Source: Verrucomicrobiota bacterium (GTDB lineage Bacteria; Verrucomicrobiota; Verrucomicrobiia; Opitutales; Cerasicoccaceae). From it: DNA of 64,000 bases. A program made the translations under genes and the position numbers. How positions within the stretch are numbered: position 1 is the stretch's first letter; the number at the start of each line of letters is the position of its first letter. The stretch spans positions 448,001 through 512,000 of the forward strand of contig JBCBUK010000001.1 of NCBI GenBank assembly GCA_039818205.1, read 5' to 3'. The notes beneath the pieces were generated by a model. The model saw only the letters and a program-made list of their open reading frames with translations. It searched no databases and was not told the origin of the DNA. This document shows positions 39,221-48,984 of the stretch, piece by piece.

Positions 39221-40522
39221 ATGCAGCCTCACTTCAGCAGGACGCCTATTCTAGGTTGTATTGCCGACGACTTTACCGGTGCTTCTGACCTTGCCGGCTT
39301 TATCCTAAAGAGTGGATTGCGGGTCGTGCAGGTAAATGGTGTTCCCCGTCCAGGGCAGCATTTGAGCGGGGACTACGACGCAGTGGTTATCGCACTGAAG
39401 TCTCGGACTTGCCCAATTGAAGAAGCAATTCAAGACAGCGTTAGCTCACTCAACTGGCTGAAAGGTCTTGGCTGTCAGAAATTCTATTTTAAGTATTGCT
39501 CGACCTTCGATTCCACTTCGCGAGGGAACATAGGACCGGTTGCAGAAGCGTTGATGGAGCAGCTCAATTGTCCGCAAACAATATTCTGTCCGGCGCTTCC
39601 CGTCAACGGGCGAACAGTCTACCAAGGACATCTTTTTGTTTTCGATCAGCTGCTTTCCGATAGTCCCCTGCGAAACCATCCCCTAACTCCCATGCGGGAC
39701 AGCTCGTTAATACGCCTGCTTCAAGCCCAGCTTACAGCTCCGAATCGAGAACGGGTAGCTCTGCTCGACCATGCTTCGCTGACCAATGCGCCTGTTGACG
39801 CCGATGAATACCTTAATCGTTTTGTTGTTACAGATTGTATTGACGACGCAGATCTTGAGCAGATCGCAAAGTCATTTGGATTGAAAAGCGATTGGCCCCT
39901 ACTCACCGGTGGCTCCGGACTTGGCGAATACCTTGGTCGAGAATATTTGGATGCGAATCTAATCGAGCCGAGTGCAAATGCTGGCAACATCCAACCGAAT
40001 CCCGGGCGGACCTTATTTCTAGCAGGAAGCTGCTCAGAGGCAACGCGCCAGCAAGTTGCCCGTGCCCAAGAAGCCATGCCGAGCTATGAGCTCGACGTAG
40101 CGGCACTTGCAAAAGGCCAGATTAACGCTGAAGACATTTTTAGCTGGGTCCAAGATTCTCAGAGCGAAGCCTGCCTGGTCTACAGCTCGGCAACGCCCGA
40201 TGCAGTCGCAACGAATCAAGAGCAATTTGGAGTTGGATCAATCAGCGAACTCATCGAAGAGTGTTTCACACAAGTCGCCACCCTAGCCAGACGGGCAGGA
40301 ATACTGAACCTTGTCGTCGCTGGCGGAGAGACCTCTGGAGCCATCGTTCGAGGTCTTGGCTTGTCGGAGCTCACCGTTGGCCCGAGCATCTGCCCAGGTG
40401 TACCGCTCCTCCAAGCCCCCAAAGACGACCGACTATTAGTTGCCTTAAAGTCGGGAAATTTTGGCAACCAAGACTTCTTTCTTTCAGCCCTAAACCTGAT
40501 TCGATCTCACGTAGTTTCATGA
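39221..40522 (+). CDS. otnK: 3-oxo-tetronate kinase (DUF1537 family)
   Basis: LGCIADDFTGASD, ALKSRT, FKYCSTFDST, GNIGPV, HPLTPM, GSCS, AGGETSG, LKSGNFG; ATG 39221 preferred over GTG 39155. Confidence 0.9.
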   Translation: MQPHFSRTPILGCIADDFTGASDLAGFILKSGLRVVQVNGVPRPGQHLSGDYDAVVIALKSRTCPIEEAIQDSVSSLNWLKGLGCQKFYFKYCSTFDSTSRGNIGPVAEALMEQLNCPQTIFCPALPVNGRTVYQGHLFVFDQLLSDSPLRNHPLTPMRDSSLIRLLQAQLTAPNRERVALLDHASLTNAPVDADEYLNRFVVTDCIDDADLEQIAKSFGLKSDWPLLTGGSGLGEYLGREYLDANLIEPSANAGNIQPNPGRTLFLAGSCSEATRQQVARAQEAMPSYELDVAALAKGQINAEDIFSWVQDSQSEACLVYSSATPDAVATNQEQFGVGSISELIEECFTQVATLARRAGILNLVVAGGETSGAIVRGLGLSELTVGPSICPGVPLLQAPKDDRLLVALKSGNFGNQDFFLSALNLIRSHVVS

Positions 40523-41154
40523 CCGCAGAATCAGAAGCCCGCCAACAGCTCGTAACGATCGGTAAATCACTGTTCGATCGCGGACTGACGCCCGGTGCCT
40601 CGGCCAACATCAGTATCCGCATTGCCGAAGGCTTTTTGATGACACCAACCGGATCATGCTTGGGCTTCCTCGAAGCCGATCGCCTATCGTTACTTGATCC
40701 ATCCGGCAACTGGATGAGCGGGGACAAACCATCGAAGGAATTCATTCTTCATCAAGCGATTTACGACCAGAGACCCGATGATCACGCGGTCGTCCACCTT
40801 CACAGTACTTGGAGCACTGCGCTTTCCTGTTTGGCAAACCTCAACCCAGAAGATGTCATTCCGCCGCTAACTCCCTACCTCATAATGCGGCTGGGGCGAA
40901 TCGTCCTTGTCCCCTATTTTGCTCCCGGCTCCCAGGAGCTCGCTGCTGCCGTTCGGGAAAAGGCCGGCGAGCACGCCGGAATATTGATGGCCAACCACGG
41001 GCCCATTGTTGCCGGAAAAGACCTGACTACCGCAATGTACAATATCGAGGAATTTGAAGAAAGTGCCAAATTGATGCTGCTACTCAAGGACAGAAAAACG
41101 CGACAGCTGTCCGATCAAGAATACCAGGAACTGTTGACCCGATACGCAAAATAA
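40519..41154 (+). CDS. otnC: 3-oxo-tetronate 4-phosphate decarboxylase (class II aldolase fold)
   Basis: SLFDRGLTPGASANIS, TPTG, GDKPSKE, VHLHST, PPLTPY, ANHGP, EEFEE; ATGA overlap with otnK. Confidence 0.88.
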   Translation: MTAESEARQQLVTIGKSLFDRGLTPGASANISIRIAEGFLMTPTGSCLGFLEADRLSLLDPSGNWMSGDKPSKEFILHQAIYDQRPDDHAVVHLHSTWSTALSCLANLNPEDVIPPLTPYLIMRLGRIVLVPYFAPGSQELAAAVREKAGEHAGILMANHGPIVAGKDLTTAMYNIEEFEESAKLMLLLKDRKTRQLSDQEYQELLTRYAK

Positions 41155-41164
41155 AAGGAATACC

Positions 41165-41452
41165 ATGTACGTGATAACCGTAGAATTTATGATTAAGCCC
41201 GATCGGCTTGATGCATTTATCGATGCGATCCAAGAGAATGCGACGACTTCGCTGCAGATAGAAGATGGTTGCCATGGCTTTGATGTGTGCCAAAGCGAAG
41301 CTGACCCCAATCGAATATTCTTGTACGAATTGTATACCGAAAAAGAAGCCTTTGAGGCCCACTTGGAATCCGAACACTTTCGTGAGTTTAATGACCTCTC
41401 CTCTGAATGGGTTGAGAGCAAGAAAGTTGATTCCTGGGTGTGGAATGCCTAA
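41165..41452 (+). CDS. ABM-family protein, LsrG/putative quinol monooxygenase-like
   Basis: FIDAIQENATTS..EDGCHGFDV..IFLYELY..AFEAHLESEHF; SD AAGGA; 10 bp after otnC. Confidence 0.85.
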   Translation: MYVITVEFMIKPDRLDAFIDAIQENATTSLQIEDGCHGFDVCQSEADPNRIFLYELYTEKEAFEAHLESEHFREFNDLSSEWVESKKVDSWVWNA

Positions 41453-41556
41453 CCCTTGGCAAGATCTTGCAAGTAAACCCAACGATTAGCCTTTCGATTT
41501 GAAAGACTCCTTTCTGAACAAAACTGGAGGAAGCGGAATGCGCGTATCAGCACCCC

Positions 41557-42426
41557 CTAGTTCTGTGGTGTAAGGTCCTTGATAAATATATTTTTGTACA
41601 TCGCAGACCCACCGGGTTGCCATCTTCCTCCGGGATGAACCTGCAATGCGATTGATCCGCTACCGCCCGTTATTTTTTGGACTTTCTCGCTATCCCAAGC
41701 ACTCGGCTTGTCCCAGTCCTGTTGAATCTCATCCCGAAGCTGGCGGCCGCGATACAGGCTACCATCGAACTCCATTACTTTAACGCCGTTTATCCAGGTA
41801 GTAATAAATGGTTCCGGACCGACACAGACAACTTTCAAGGTATTCCACTCGCCATGCTTCCAAGCTTGGTTCCAGCCCTCGGCATCAATCGCGTAGAGTA
41901 AGCCATCAACCTCAACAGCGTCATAGATGTCGCGAGCAATGACATCGTTCGCTTCACTCACGTTTGGCTCCCCATAAAGGCGAATGGGTCTCGAAATATA
42001 GGCACCCGTTCCCTGCCCGAAAGGAAAACCAATAGAGCCATCTTCTAGGTAGTCGTTGAGAACCTGAATGCCGCGTCCGTCGTCGGTACAACGAAGGAAA
42101 ATCCCGGAATCGCATCCCCAGTCGCTTTTAATATCAATCAGCAATTCAAAGTCTCGAAACTTCTTTTCTGAAAGGAGGAGACCACCTTTTCGCTCTGGCC
42201 CTGTTTGGAAGCAGTGGAGCGCACCACCCTTTACGAAGAAATTTTCTTCGGTTGCATAGTATTTATTATCCGCTGGCACCTCCATAATCTTCCAGCCATC
42301 CAATGAGTCTCCATTGAACAGGCTTTGATGCTCGGCGGTCGATGAGCAACAACTAGGCTTGGCAAACACACTACAGATTGCACCTACGCCTAAACAAAGC
42401 GAAAAGCAGATGGTCGGGATTTTCAT
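41557..42426 (-). CDS. DUF1080 (3-keto-disaccharide hydrolase family) secreted protein
   Basis: Signal peptide from ATG 42426; SLFNGDSLDGW, DFEL, DSGIFLR, GEWN, WINGVKV, GSIALQVH, YKNIFIK. Confidence 0.9.
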   Translation of the reverse strand: MKIPTICFSLCLGVGAICSVFAKPSCCSSTAEHQSLFNGDSLDGWKIMEVPADNKYYATEENFFVKGGALHCFQTGPERKGGLLLSEKKFRDFELLIDIKSDWGCDSGIFLRCTDDGRGIQVLNDYLEDGSIGFPFGQGTGAYISRPIRLYGEPNVSEANDVIARDIYDAVEVDGLLYAIDAEGWNQAWKHGEWNTLKVVCVGPEPFITTWINGVKVMEFDGSLYRGRQLRDEIQQDWDKPSAWDSEKVQKITGGSGSIALQVHPGGRWQPGGSAMYKNIFIKDLTPQN

Positions 42427-42446
42427 TATCGTTGCTTGTTGAATGT

Positions 42447-43835
42447 TTAAGCCTTCCAGAGCTCGTCGCCATACTCCCACCCCTTACGAGTATCCCCGCG
42501 CAGGTAGGCATTTAACTCAGGCCGATTGGTGATTCCTTTCTTTGGATCCCATTCGATACGGCCACCAACCTTCGTCGCAAGCACACCGATCAACATCATC
42601 TCCGTGAACGGCCCGGCAAAATCAAAGTTAGCGCCCGGTTCAGGTCCATCTCCCTTAATGGCGTTCACCCACTCGCGAAATGGACCCCCCTTAAGACGAG
42701 GATACTTTTGTTCGGGATAGCCTGCGGCTTTAAACTCCCTCATCGCCTCTTTGTCGGCCAGCCGCGGGTTGTTTGAGCGCGCATCCGTGAAGACATCTTG
42801 TTTCTCACCAAAGTAATAGGTTCCGGTATCCGGGAGCTTCTCTCCCCAGGTCCATTTTTCCGGAGCATTCGGTAACATCTCAGCCGCACCGTTGTGCCAG
42901 TAGAACTTGCAAGGTATTTTGCTTCCTCGCTCTTTAAACTCCCACCGAACAACATTGCCGTCCGGGACAATCCAATCGTTTCCGCCGGAGACTGTTTCCG
43001 CCTCAACCACAACCGGCTCATACAAATCAAGAACCCAAACCGGCGCATCTGCCACGTGCGGCATCCAATCCCCGATCAATCCATTGCCAAATGTATTAAA
43101 CCCGCGCCAGCTTTTTGGATGGTAGAGCTTATTGAAAGGCGTATCGGCGGAGACCGGTCCAAGCCAAAGATCCCAATTCAGCTGTTCCGGAACAACATCG
43201 GTCACCGGAGGAAATTCAATGGGCTTGTGAAAGTAACTATTATCCTCCCCGATAGGCCTCCACTTTGGTCCAACGCGCCACGAATGGACTTCGTTTATCT
43301 GACCAAAAACATCTGCCTCGTACCACTCGCGCATCTGCCGGATGCCATCAAAGGTATGCCCTTGGACTGCCATGTTCGTGACGACCTTGTAGTAGTCCTT
43401 GGCTTTCTTCAAGGTCTGCGCCTGCCAAATGTTGTGCGTGAGCGGTTTCTGAGTACAAACATGCTTACCCAATTGCATCGCATGCATCGTCGCAACGAAG
43501 TGCGTATGGTCGGGGGTATTGATGCATACTGCGTCAATTTCCTTGTCCATCTTGTCCAACATCTGCCGGAAATCGTCAAACTGTGCCGCCTCCGCGACCT
43601 CCGGGTGCTTCTCTTGGTGCTGAAGAAAACGGCGTGAATCAACATCGGCGAGCGCCACAATGTTTTCTCCCTTACAACCGCCATAAGCCATTGCCGCGAT
43701 GTTTCCAGCGCCGATCATGGCAATGTTGATTTTACTGTTAGCCGATGGTCCAGGCTTCCCAATACTAAAGCGCGGAAGCGTGAATGCGCCAGCGGTTGCT
43801 ACCGCTGATGTCTTGATGAAGTTACGACGATTCAT
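42447..43835 (-). CDS. Tat-exported Gfo/Idh/MocA dehydrogenase
   Basis: [45 protein letters not shown]. Confidence 0.92.
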   Translation of the reverse strand: MNRRNFIKTSAVATAGAFTLPRFSIGKPGPSANSKINIAMIGAGNIAAMAYGGCKGENIVALADVDSRRFLQHQEKHPEVAEAAQFDDFRQMLDKMDKEIDAVCINTPDHTHFVATMHAMQLGKHVCTQKPLTHNIWQAQTLKKAKDYYKVVTNMAVQGHTFDGIRQMREWYEADVFGQINEVHSWRVGPKWRPIGEDNSYFHKPIEFPPVTDVVPEQLNWDLWLGPVSADTPFNKLYHPKSWRGFNTFGNGLIGDWMPHVADAPVWVLDLYEPVVVEAETVSGGNDWIVPDGNVVRWEFKERGSKIPCKFYWHNGAAEMLPNAPEKWTWGEKLPDTGTYYFGEKQDVFTDARSNNPRLADKEAMREFKAAGYPEQKYPRLKGGPFREWVNAIKGDGPEPGANFDFAGPFTEMMLIGVLATKVGGRIEWDPKKGITNRPELNAYLRGDTRKGWEYGDELWKA

Positions 43836-44087
43836 TTACTCTTGAGGTATCTTTGGTTTTCACGACGCCATCCGACTCAAACGGCATTAAGGCATGTATC
43901 TTTTGGCAATTCTAGTGAGCAACCTCATTACCAAAAGCCTTTTTTGTGACGATTATTGTCAATAAACCAAAGTCTAGAAACCCAGCACTCCAGAGCAAAC
44001 TATCTATCTATAGCCCAACCAATCCTCCGCTCCGTGCAGCGGACAATAATGCCCCTCAAATAATGACCGGTTGATGGCGCCGTGAAA

Positions 44088-45146
44088 TCAACCAATGGAA
44101 CCGTCCCAACGCAATCGCACGTGGTAGGACGCCGGGGTATTCCCAGGCAAATCAGCCGGTCCCAAGATATGCTCATTGCTGGGTGCGACCCCAACCGGAG
44201 CCGGTTGAACAGCCAACAACAAGTAACGACTCCCGTCGGTATCGATAAAAATCTGCGGTCGCTCCAGACGCTCAAACTGAATATGGGCGCCATCGTCCAT
44301 CTCGACCTCACGATCAATTACGAAGTGGGGGTCGCTTGGCTTCCAATTGATGCCATCCGTAGATTGAAACAAGAGTAAGCCCATTTCTCCAGTGGGCGAA
44401 ATCCTCGCGTCCATCGTCTTCATCAAGCAAAAGATGATGTCGTCTTCGACCCATATAGCAGGGTCTTCATATGGAAAGAGTTCACCGGGCAAATCAAACA
44501 AGCAATCTGGATGGAGTTGGAAAGGTCCAGTCGGAGACTCAGCAAAAGCAACGCCATGCCTAACGGCTCCTCCACGTGTTTCCGTGCCTTCGGCGACCCC
44601 CTTAAACATTAAAAGGAAGCGCCCATCGGGCATCTGGGTTGCAACTGGATTTGCATGCATCAGCCCGTCCCACTGTCCGGATCTTGGAATCAGCAAGGGT
44701 TCATCTGAACGCTTCCATGGTCCCGCCGGGTGATCGGCCACCGCAACTCCGATCCGTTGATTATTGCGATGGCTCCAGTAATCGCCGTTTCCATGGTTGC
44801 CAGTGTAGTACATGTAATAGCGATCGCCGAACTGCTTAACCAGAACGTTGTGCGCATTGTCCGCGTCCCAAAAAGCCCCTGTTCGTTTTCCCAACACCAG
44901 CTCCTTGAACTCAAATGGCTTATCCAACGAAGTCGACTCCGCACGAATAATTTCGGATTGATTAATCCAACCATCGTGACCGGAGGACTCGGGCCAGCGA
45001 CAGAGAAACAGGTGATAGCGCCCCTCAGGGTCGCGGACCATTGAAGCGCACCAAACAAACCAACCCTGCATCTTGAAGAAATGCCTTTCGTTCGCGGGTT
45101 GGAATCGGTTCTTTGTTTTGGGATCAGACATTACAAGATCTTTCAT
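44088..45146 (-). CDS. Five-bladed beta-propeller glycoside hydrolase (GH43/GH117-like), no signal peptide
   Basis: WCAS, YHLF..RW, HN, YYMYYTG, NQRIGVAVA..PAGPW, ANP, EDP, QSTDGINW, LERPQI. Confidence 0.8.
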   Translation of the reverse strand: MKDLVMSDPKTKNRFQPANERHFFKMQGWFVWCASMVRDPEGRYHLFLCRWPESSGHDGWINQSEIIRAESTSLDKPFEFKELVLGKRTGAFWDADNAHNVLVKQFGDRYYMYYTGNHGNGDYWSHRNNQRIGVAVADHPAGPWKRSDEPLLIPRSGQWDGLMHANPVATQMPDGRFLLMFKGVAEGTETRGGAVRHGVAFAESPTGPFQLHPDCLFDLPGELFPYEDPAIWVEDDIIFCLMKTMDARISPTGEMGLLLFQSTDGINWKPSDPHFVIDREVEMDDGAHIQFERLERPQIFIDTDGSRYLLLAVQPAPVGVAPSNEHILGPADLPGNTPASYHVRLRWDGSIG

Positions 45147-45150
45147 ATCG

Positions 45151-47148
45151 CTACCGAGTGGTTTGCGTATCAATCCGCACAGTGCCAATTGTCGCTTTCG
45201 GAGCCTTTCCAGCAGATAGCTTCAAGCTTATCTCATTGTCGCCGGCTATTAAAGCGCTAGCGGGAAGGGGCAATCGAATCGGTGCAAGCAGGTCGACGCT
45301 ACCTTCGGCGATGCCGAGATCGAACTCCTGAGAAAACCCATTCACGTCGGCCGTCAATACAGTGCCTTTCGTAAACCCTTTTGGAGCTGAGACGGACACA
45401 ACCAATGTGGCCTCTTCATTAATCCGTTTGCTTGGCAAATCAATACGATAGGTAGCGGGTTCGCTCCCCAAAGGTTTAATCGTTTGACTGGCGTAGAAAC
45501 GCTCAACCACACGAGTGCCTTTCAGCTCGGCTGAGGGAAGTTTCACTTTCACAATTGCGGTTTCTTCCGGCGCCAGAACTAATTCCGTTGGGTCGATCAC
45601 TTCCTTGGCCTCCGTATCAATCCGCCACTTGCCAGTAATTTCCTTAGCGGTGTAATCCTCAGGATACTCTCCGTCCCAACGCATCCGGGCAATCGTTGCA
45701 TCCCCCTTGGCGACATCGAAGCCAAGGTCCAAGTTCAACTGAAGTTCCTCATCGGGTGCATTGTGTAACAGCACAAGCAGCTCATCGTCATTACGTGCCG
45801 CGATTAGGAACAAGCCGAGCTCATTTTGGGCATCAATACCGACCCAGCTTGCTGGAACACGGGTGCCTTCAAAATTCCGATAGAACTTGTAGAAATCTAG
45901 CAGGAGCGTTGGTTGCAGACTCATGTCATCGGGATAACCAGGGCGAGTATACAGTGCCTGACCACGCTGTTGTGCATATCCGGGATCACTGACCGGCAAG
46001 ATAAATGGAACCGTGAGTTGAATCTCAGGCCGGTCCATAAACGCCATCCACAGACGAGTGATCGTGGTTCCGAAAAGGTAATAGGAGTAATCGTTGAACC
46101 AAGGACCCTTTTGCGGAGTGATTCCCTGTCGGCCAAACTCCGTAATAATCAGCGGCAACGACGGGCCACCCCAAGTCGCTTGGTGATGAGCATACACCAA
46201 ATCCATAAACGACTCGATTTTACCGAAGTCCCAAACATATTGGTTTCCGTTAAGAAACGCTTTATACATGCTTGGCTCGGGCTGCTGCTGTTCCGGGCGA
46301 TGATTTCGTGTAATCCCAGCCGAACTAGCCCATCCCTCTTTACTATATACGTGCAAATCATAAGCGCCGGCAACGTCGCCAACTTCCTCGATGAAAATTC
46401 TCTCCCAACCGGAATCTTGCCAACGTCGCCAATCACTCCTCGGATGCGGCCACGCCGAGCTTGGTCCGGACAAGAGAACGTCAGGATGTTTATTCTCGAA
46501 AAGCTCAGCTAACTGCCGAGCAAACATTGCATGATCGTAGGCCGGGTCAGGTGTCTTACCCCAAGCGGCATCGGGCTCATTTAAAGGAGTAAAATATCGT
46601 GGCGGATTTGCTCCACCAGCTTTGATTGTCGACACCCATTCATCGATTAGATCGACATTCAATTCGATGTCGTCAGGGTGCACCCCCTTCCGATCCTTGG
46701 TTAACATCGTTGAGTCGACTTCCGCGCCGTTATCGCCGTGAGTCACCTGATTTGAACCGGGATAGTTTCCACCTGAGAGCGAATGAAGAACCCCGGGATA
46801 ACGCTCGTCCGCGTTCCGGTAAATGCGAACATAGTTGTCGAACTGCTTCTGCAATTTCGGAGCCCAACCGGCTCGCTGTGTATCTCCACCATTGTGCCCG
46901 AGGTATGGACCCGTGCCTCGGCCCGGCGAAATATTCAGCTCTTTCATCCAAGCAGCCTGCTCGTCGCTAAACATGCCGGGGATGTGGTACGTTCGGAAGT
47001 ACCGCTCGCGAGCAACATCGTCGATTTTATGAGGACCGGCTTTGAGTTCTAGAACAAGTTCGGGCTCAATCTTCAGGGTCACTGGTTCAGCAACCGCATT
47101 AGCGATTGAAAGAGAAGCAATGATCGTCGCCAACAATGTAGGTTTCAT
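45151..47148 (-). CDS. Clan GH-A glycoside hydrolase, GH86 beta-porphyranase/agarase-like
   Basis: Signal peptide; RERYF..PGR; acid/base LNEP; nucleophile IITEFG; RP..TVPFIL; FYKFYRNFEGTRV; C-terminal beta-sandwich domains. Confidence 0.72.
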   Translation of the reverse strand: MKPTLLATIIASLSIANAVAEPVTLKIEPELVLELKAGPHKIDDVARERYFRTYHIPGMFSDEQAAWMKELNISPGRGTGPYLGHNGGDTQRAGWAPKLQKQFDNYVRIYRNADERYPGVLHSLSGGNYPGSNQVTHGDNGAEVDSTMLTKDRKGVHPDDIELNVDLIDEWVSTIKAGGANPPRYFTPLNEPDAAWGKTPDPAYDHAMFARQLAELFENKHPDVLLSGPSSAWPHPRSDWRRWQDSGWERIFIEEVGDVAGAYDLHVYSKEGWASSAGITRNHRPEQQQPEPSMYKAFLNGNQYVWDFGKIESFMDLVYAHHQATWGGPSLPLIITEFGRQGITPQKGPWFNDYSYYLFGTTITRLWMAFMDRPEIQLTVPFILPVSDPGYAQQRGQALYTRPGYPDDMSLQPTLLLDFYKFYRNFEGTRVPASWVGIDAQNELGLFLIAARNDDELLVLLHNAPDEELQLNLDLGFDVAKGDATIARMRWDGEYPEDYTAKEITGKWRIDTEAKEVIDPTELVLAPEETAIVKVKLPSAELKGTRVVERFYASQTIKPLGSEPATYRIDLPSKRINEEATLVVSVSAPKGFTKGTVLTADVNGFSQEFDLGIAEGSVDLLAPIRLPLPASALIAGDNEISLKLSAGKAPKATIGTVRIDTQTTR

Positions 47149-47300
47149 CGTGTATAGGTATTCTATTAACATGATAGCACTTTGCGATCAAAACGCTAGG
47201 TCATTGACGACGCAAAATGTTCATATTTGCGCCAGATTGATCGAAAATACTAAAGAAAATTTGGTTCTTTGGTTCTATTTATACAGTATTAAAGCAAGGC

Positions 47301-48977
47301 TCATTGACCAAACTCTCCAAAGGGATGAGGTAGGTCTGCGAGATAATCCGCCAGCTGGTGCTGCATGGATTGAAGGTCATCATGGTAAGCCGGATCGCTC
47401 GCGAGATTCTTTTGTTCGAAGGGATCTGCCTTCAGGTCATAGAGTTGGTCCTGGTCAAAGTAGTAAGGAAACTCGCGGTCGCTATCCATAATGATGCCCT
47501 TGCTGACATTGTGGGGTGTATTCGTTCTCCCATCCCACCCCGTTCGGCGCCGACGCTTCTGCTCCATCGCCTGGACATTGTCTTGCGCCATCAGTTCAGC
47601 AATGTCAGCTGGTGGACGAGCAGCGATGTATTTATACCGATCAGTCACGACGCCTCGAGTATGCATAACTTCGAGGTACAGAGAGCTACGGCACACCGCT
47701 GATTCCCCAGTAAGCATTGGAAGCATCGTGACGCCATCCATACCGACATCGCCGACATCTTTGCATTGGGCGATGTCTAGTATCGTCGTAACCAGGTCAA
47801 CATTCGAACTCAGTCCTGAGCCCCGCGAACCCGCCTCAATATGACCGGGCCAACGGATGACAAATGGAACTCGAGCCGACTCACCAATCGTATTTTTGCC
47901 ACGACTTTGATGGTCCGACGTGAAAATGAAAACCGTGTTATCGCGCAGCCCCTCATCGTCGAGTTTCTTTAGTACTGCTCCAAGACTGTCATCAATATAG
48001 GTCCCCATAGTATTCACCATCGGGATACCGGCCTCCTGACACCGGCGAACCACATCCGCGCGGGAAGGCATACAGTCTGACACCTGCTCCAGAAATCCTC
48101 CGGGCGTCCCACGCGCATCACGCTCAAACCAATAGGAAGCGTTGGGGTTACGTGCCTGCGAATCGTAATACTGGCGGTGTGGAAGCGGAAGCGAAACGTA
48201 GAGGAAAAATGGTTTCTCGTCACTTTCCATCGCAAAGTCGATAAAGTCGATCGCTCCTTGGGTTACCCACTCTAGATTCTCTTGCCGCAGCTCGGGTGGC
48301 GTTCTCAAAGCGCCAACGTTTCCGATCTGAATGCTGGCGGCAAAATCAAAGCCCTGCTGAACTTTCATTGCCTCACATTCAAGTTGCTGTGCCTCCATAA
48401 TAAGCTCGTTGACCCCAGAATCAGACAGTTTCATGTCCCGCATCTCCTTCGTGTAGGCACCCGCATTGTGACCGTTGTGCCATTTCCCAACGATGCCAGT
48501 CGTATAGCCATTCGCCTGAAGCACTTTGGCGAGACTGTTCTCGTCTTTGGAGAGGTTCGTGCTCCAGTCGACACTGGCCGGAGTTCCAGCAGGATGCTTC
48601 TTCTGAAAGTCCTTGCTGCGACTCGCGTAGCGCCCAGTTAGGATTGAATATCTACTCGGCGAGCAGATAGGCGATGTAATGTAAAAACGCTCCAATACCA
48701 TCCCTTCTTTCGCCAGCTGTTGAAGGTGCGGCATCAGCATCTTGGGATTAGAGAAATAATCCCGCTGCGGGCGGTCATACTGGGGCAAATCGTCATCATA
48801 GTAGCCCTTCTGTTTCATCCCAGTATGACTCGGAAAACGATCAAGGTCGTAAAGGCCCTCCGGCACTTCGTCGAAATCAAGATCATCGGTAAAATACAGG
48901 ACAATGTTTGGTCGATCGTCTGCGCAAAGCAGAGCCGTCGTCACAAATACCAATACAAAACAGAAACAGTTTCTCAT
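47301..48977 (-). CDS. Sulfatase (S1, Cys-type)
   Basis: Signal peptide; [36 protein letters not shown]. Confidence 0.93.
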   Translation of the reverse strand: MRNCFCFVLVFVTTALLCADDRPNIVLYFTDDLDFDEVPEGLYDLDRFPSHTGMKQKGYYDDDLPQYDRPQRDYFSNPKMLMPHLQQLAKEGMVLERFYITSPICSPSRYSILTGRYASRSKDFQKKHPAGTPASVDWSTNLSKDENSLAKVLQANGYTTGIVGKWHNGHNAGAYTKEMRDMKLSDSGVNELIMEAQQLECEAMKVQQGFDFAASIQIGNVGALRTPPELRQENLEWVTQGAIDFIDFAMESDEKPFFLYVSLPLPHRQYYDSQARNPNASYWFERDARGTPGGFLEQVSDCMPSRADVVRRCQEAGIPMVNTMGTYIDDSLGAVLKKLDDEGLRDNTVFIFTSDHQSRGKNTIGESARVPFVIRWPGHIEAGSRGSGLSSNVDLVTTILDIAQCKDVGDVGMDGVTMLPMLTGESAVCRSSLYLEVMHTRGVVTDRYKYIAARPPADIAELMAQDNVQAMEQKRRRRTGWDGRTNTPHNVSKGIIMDSDREFPYYFDQDQLYDLKADPFEQKNLASDPAYHDDLQSMQHQLADYLADLPHPFGEFGQ

Positions 48978-48984
48978 AAAATTA

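Noticed and set aside
40261..40518. N-terminal extension of the 297-aa otnC ORF
   Set aside because: Overlaps otnK; the ATGA-coupled start at 40519 gives a normal-length OtnC.
41459..41470. Perfect palindrome GCAAGATCTTGC after the ABM gene
   Set aside because: Single short palindrome with no U-tract and no partner at the other cassette end.
42894..43637. 247-aa plus-strand ORF
   Set aside because: Antisense shadow of the Tat dehydrogenase.
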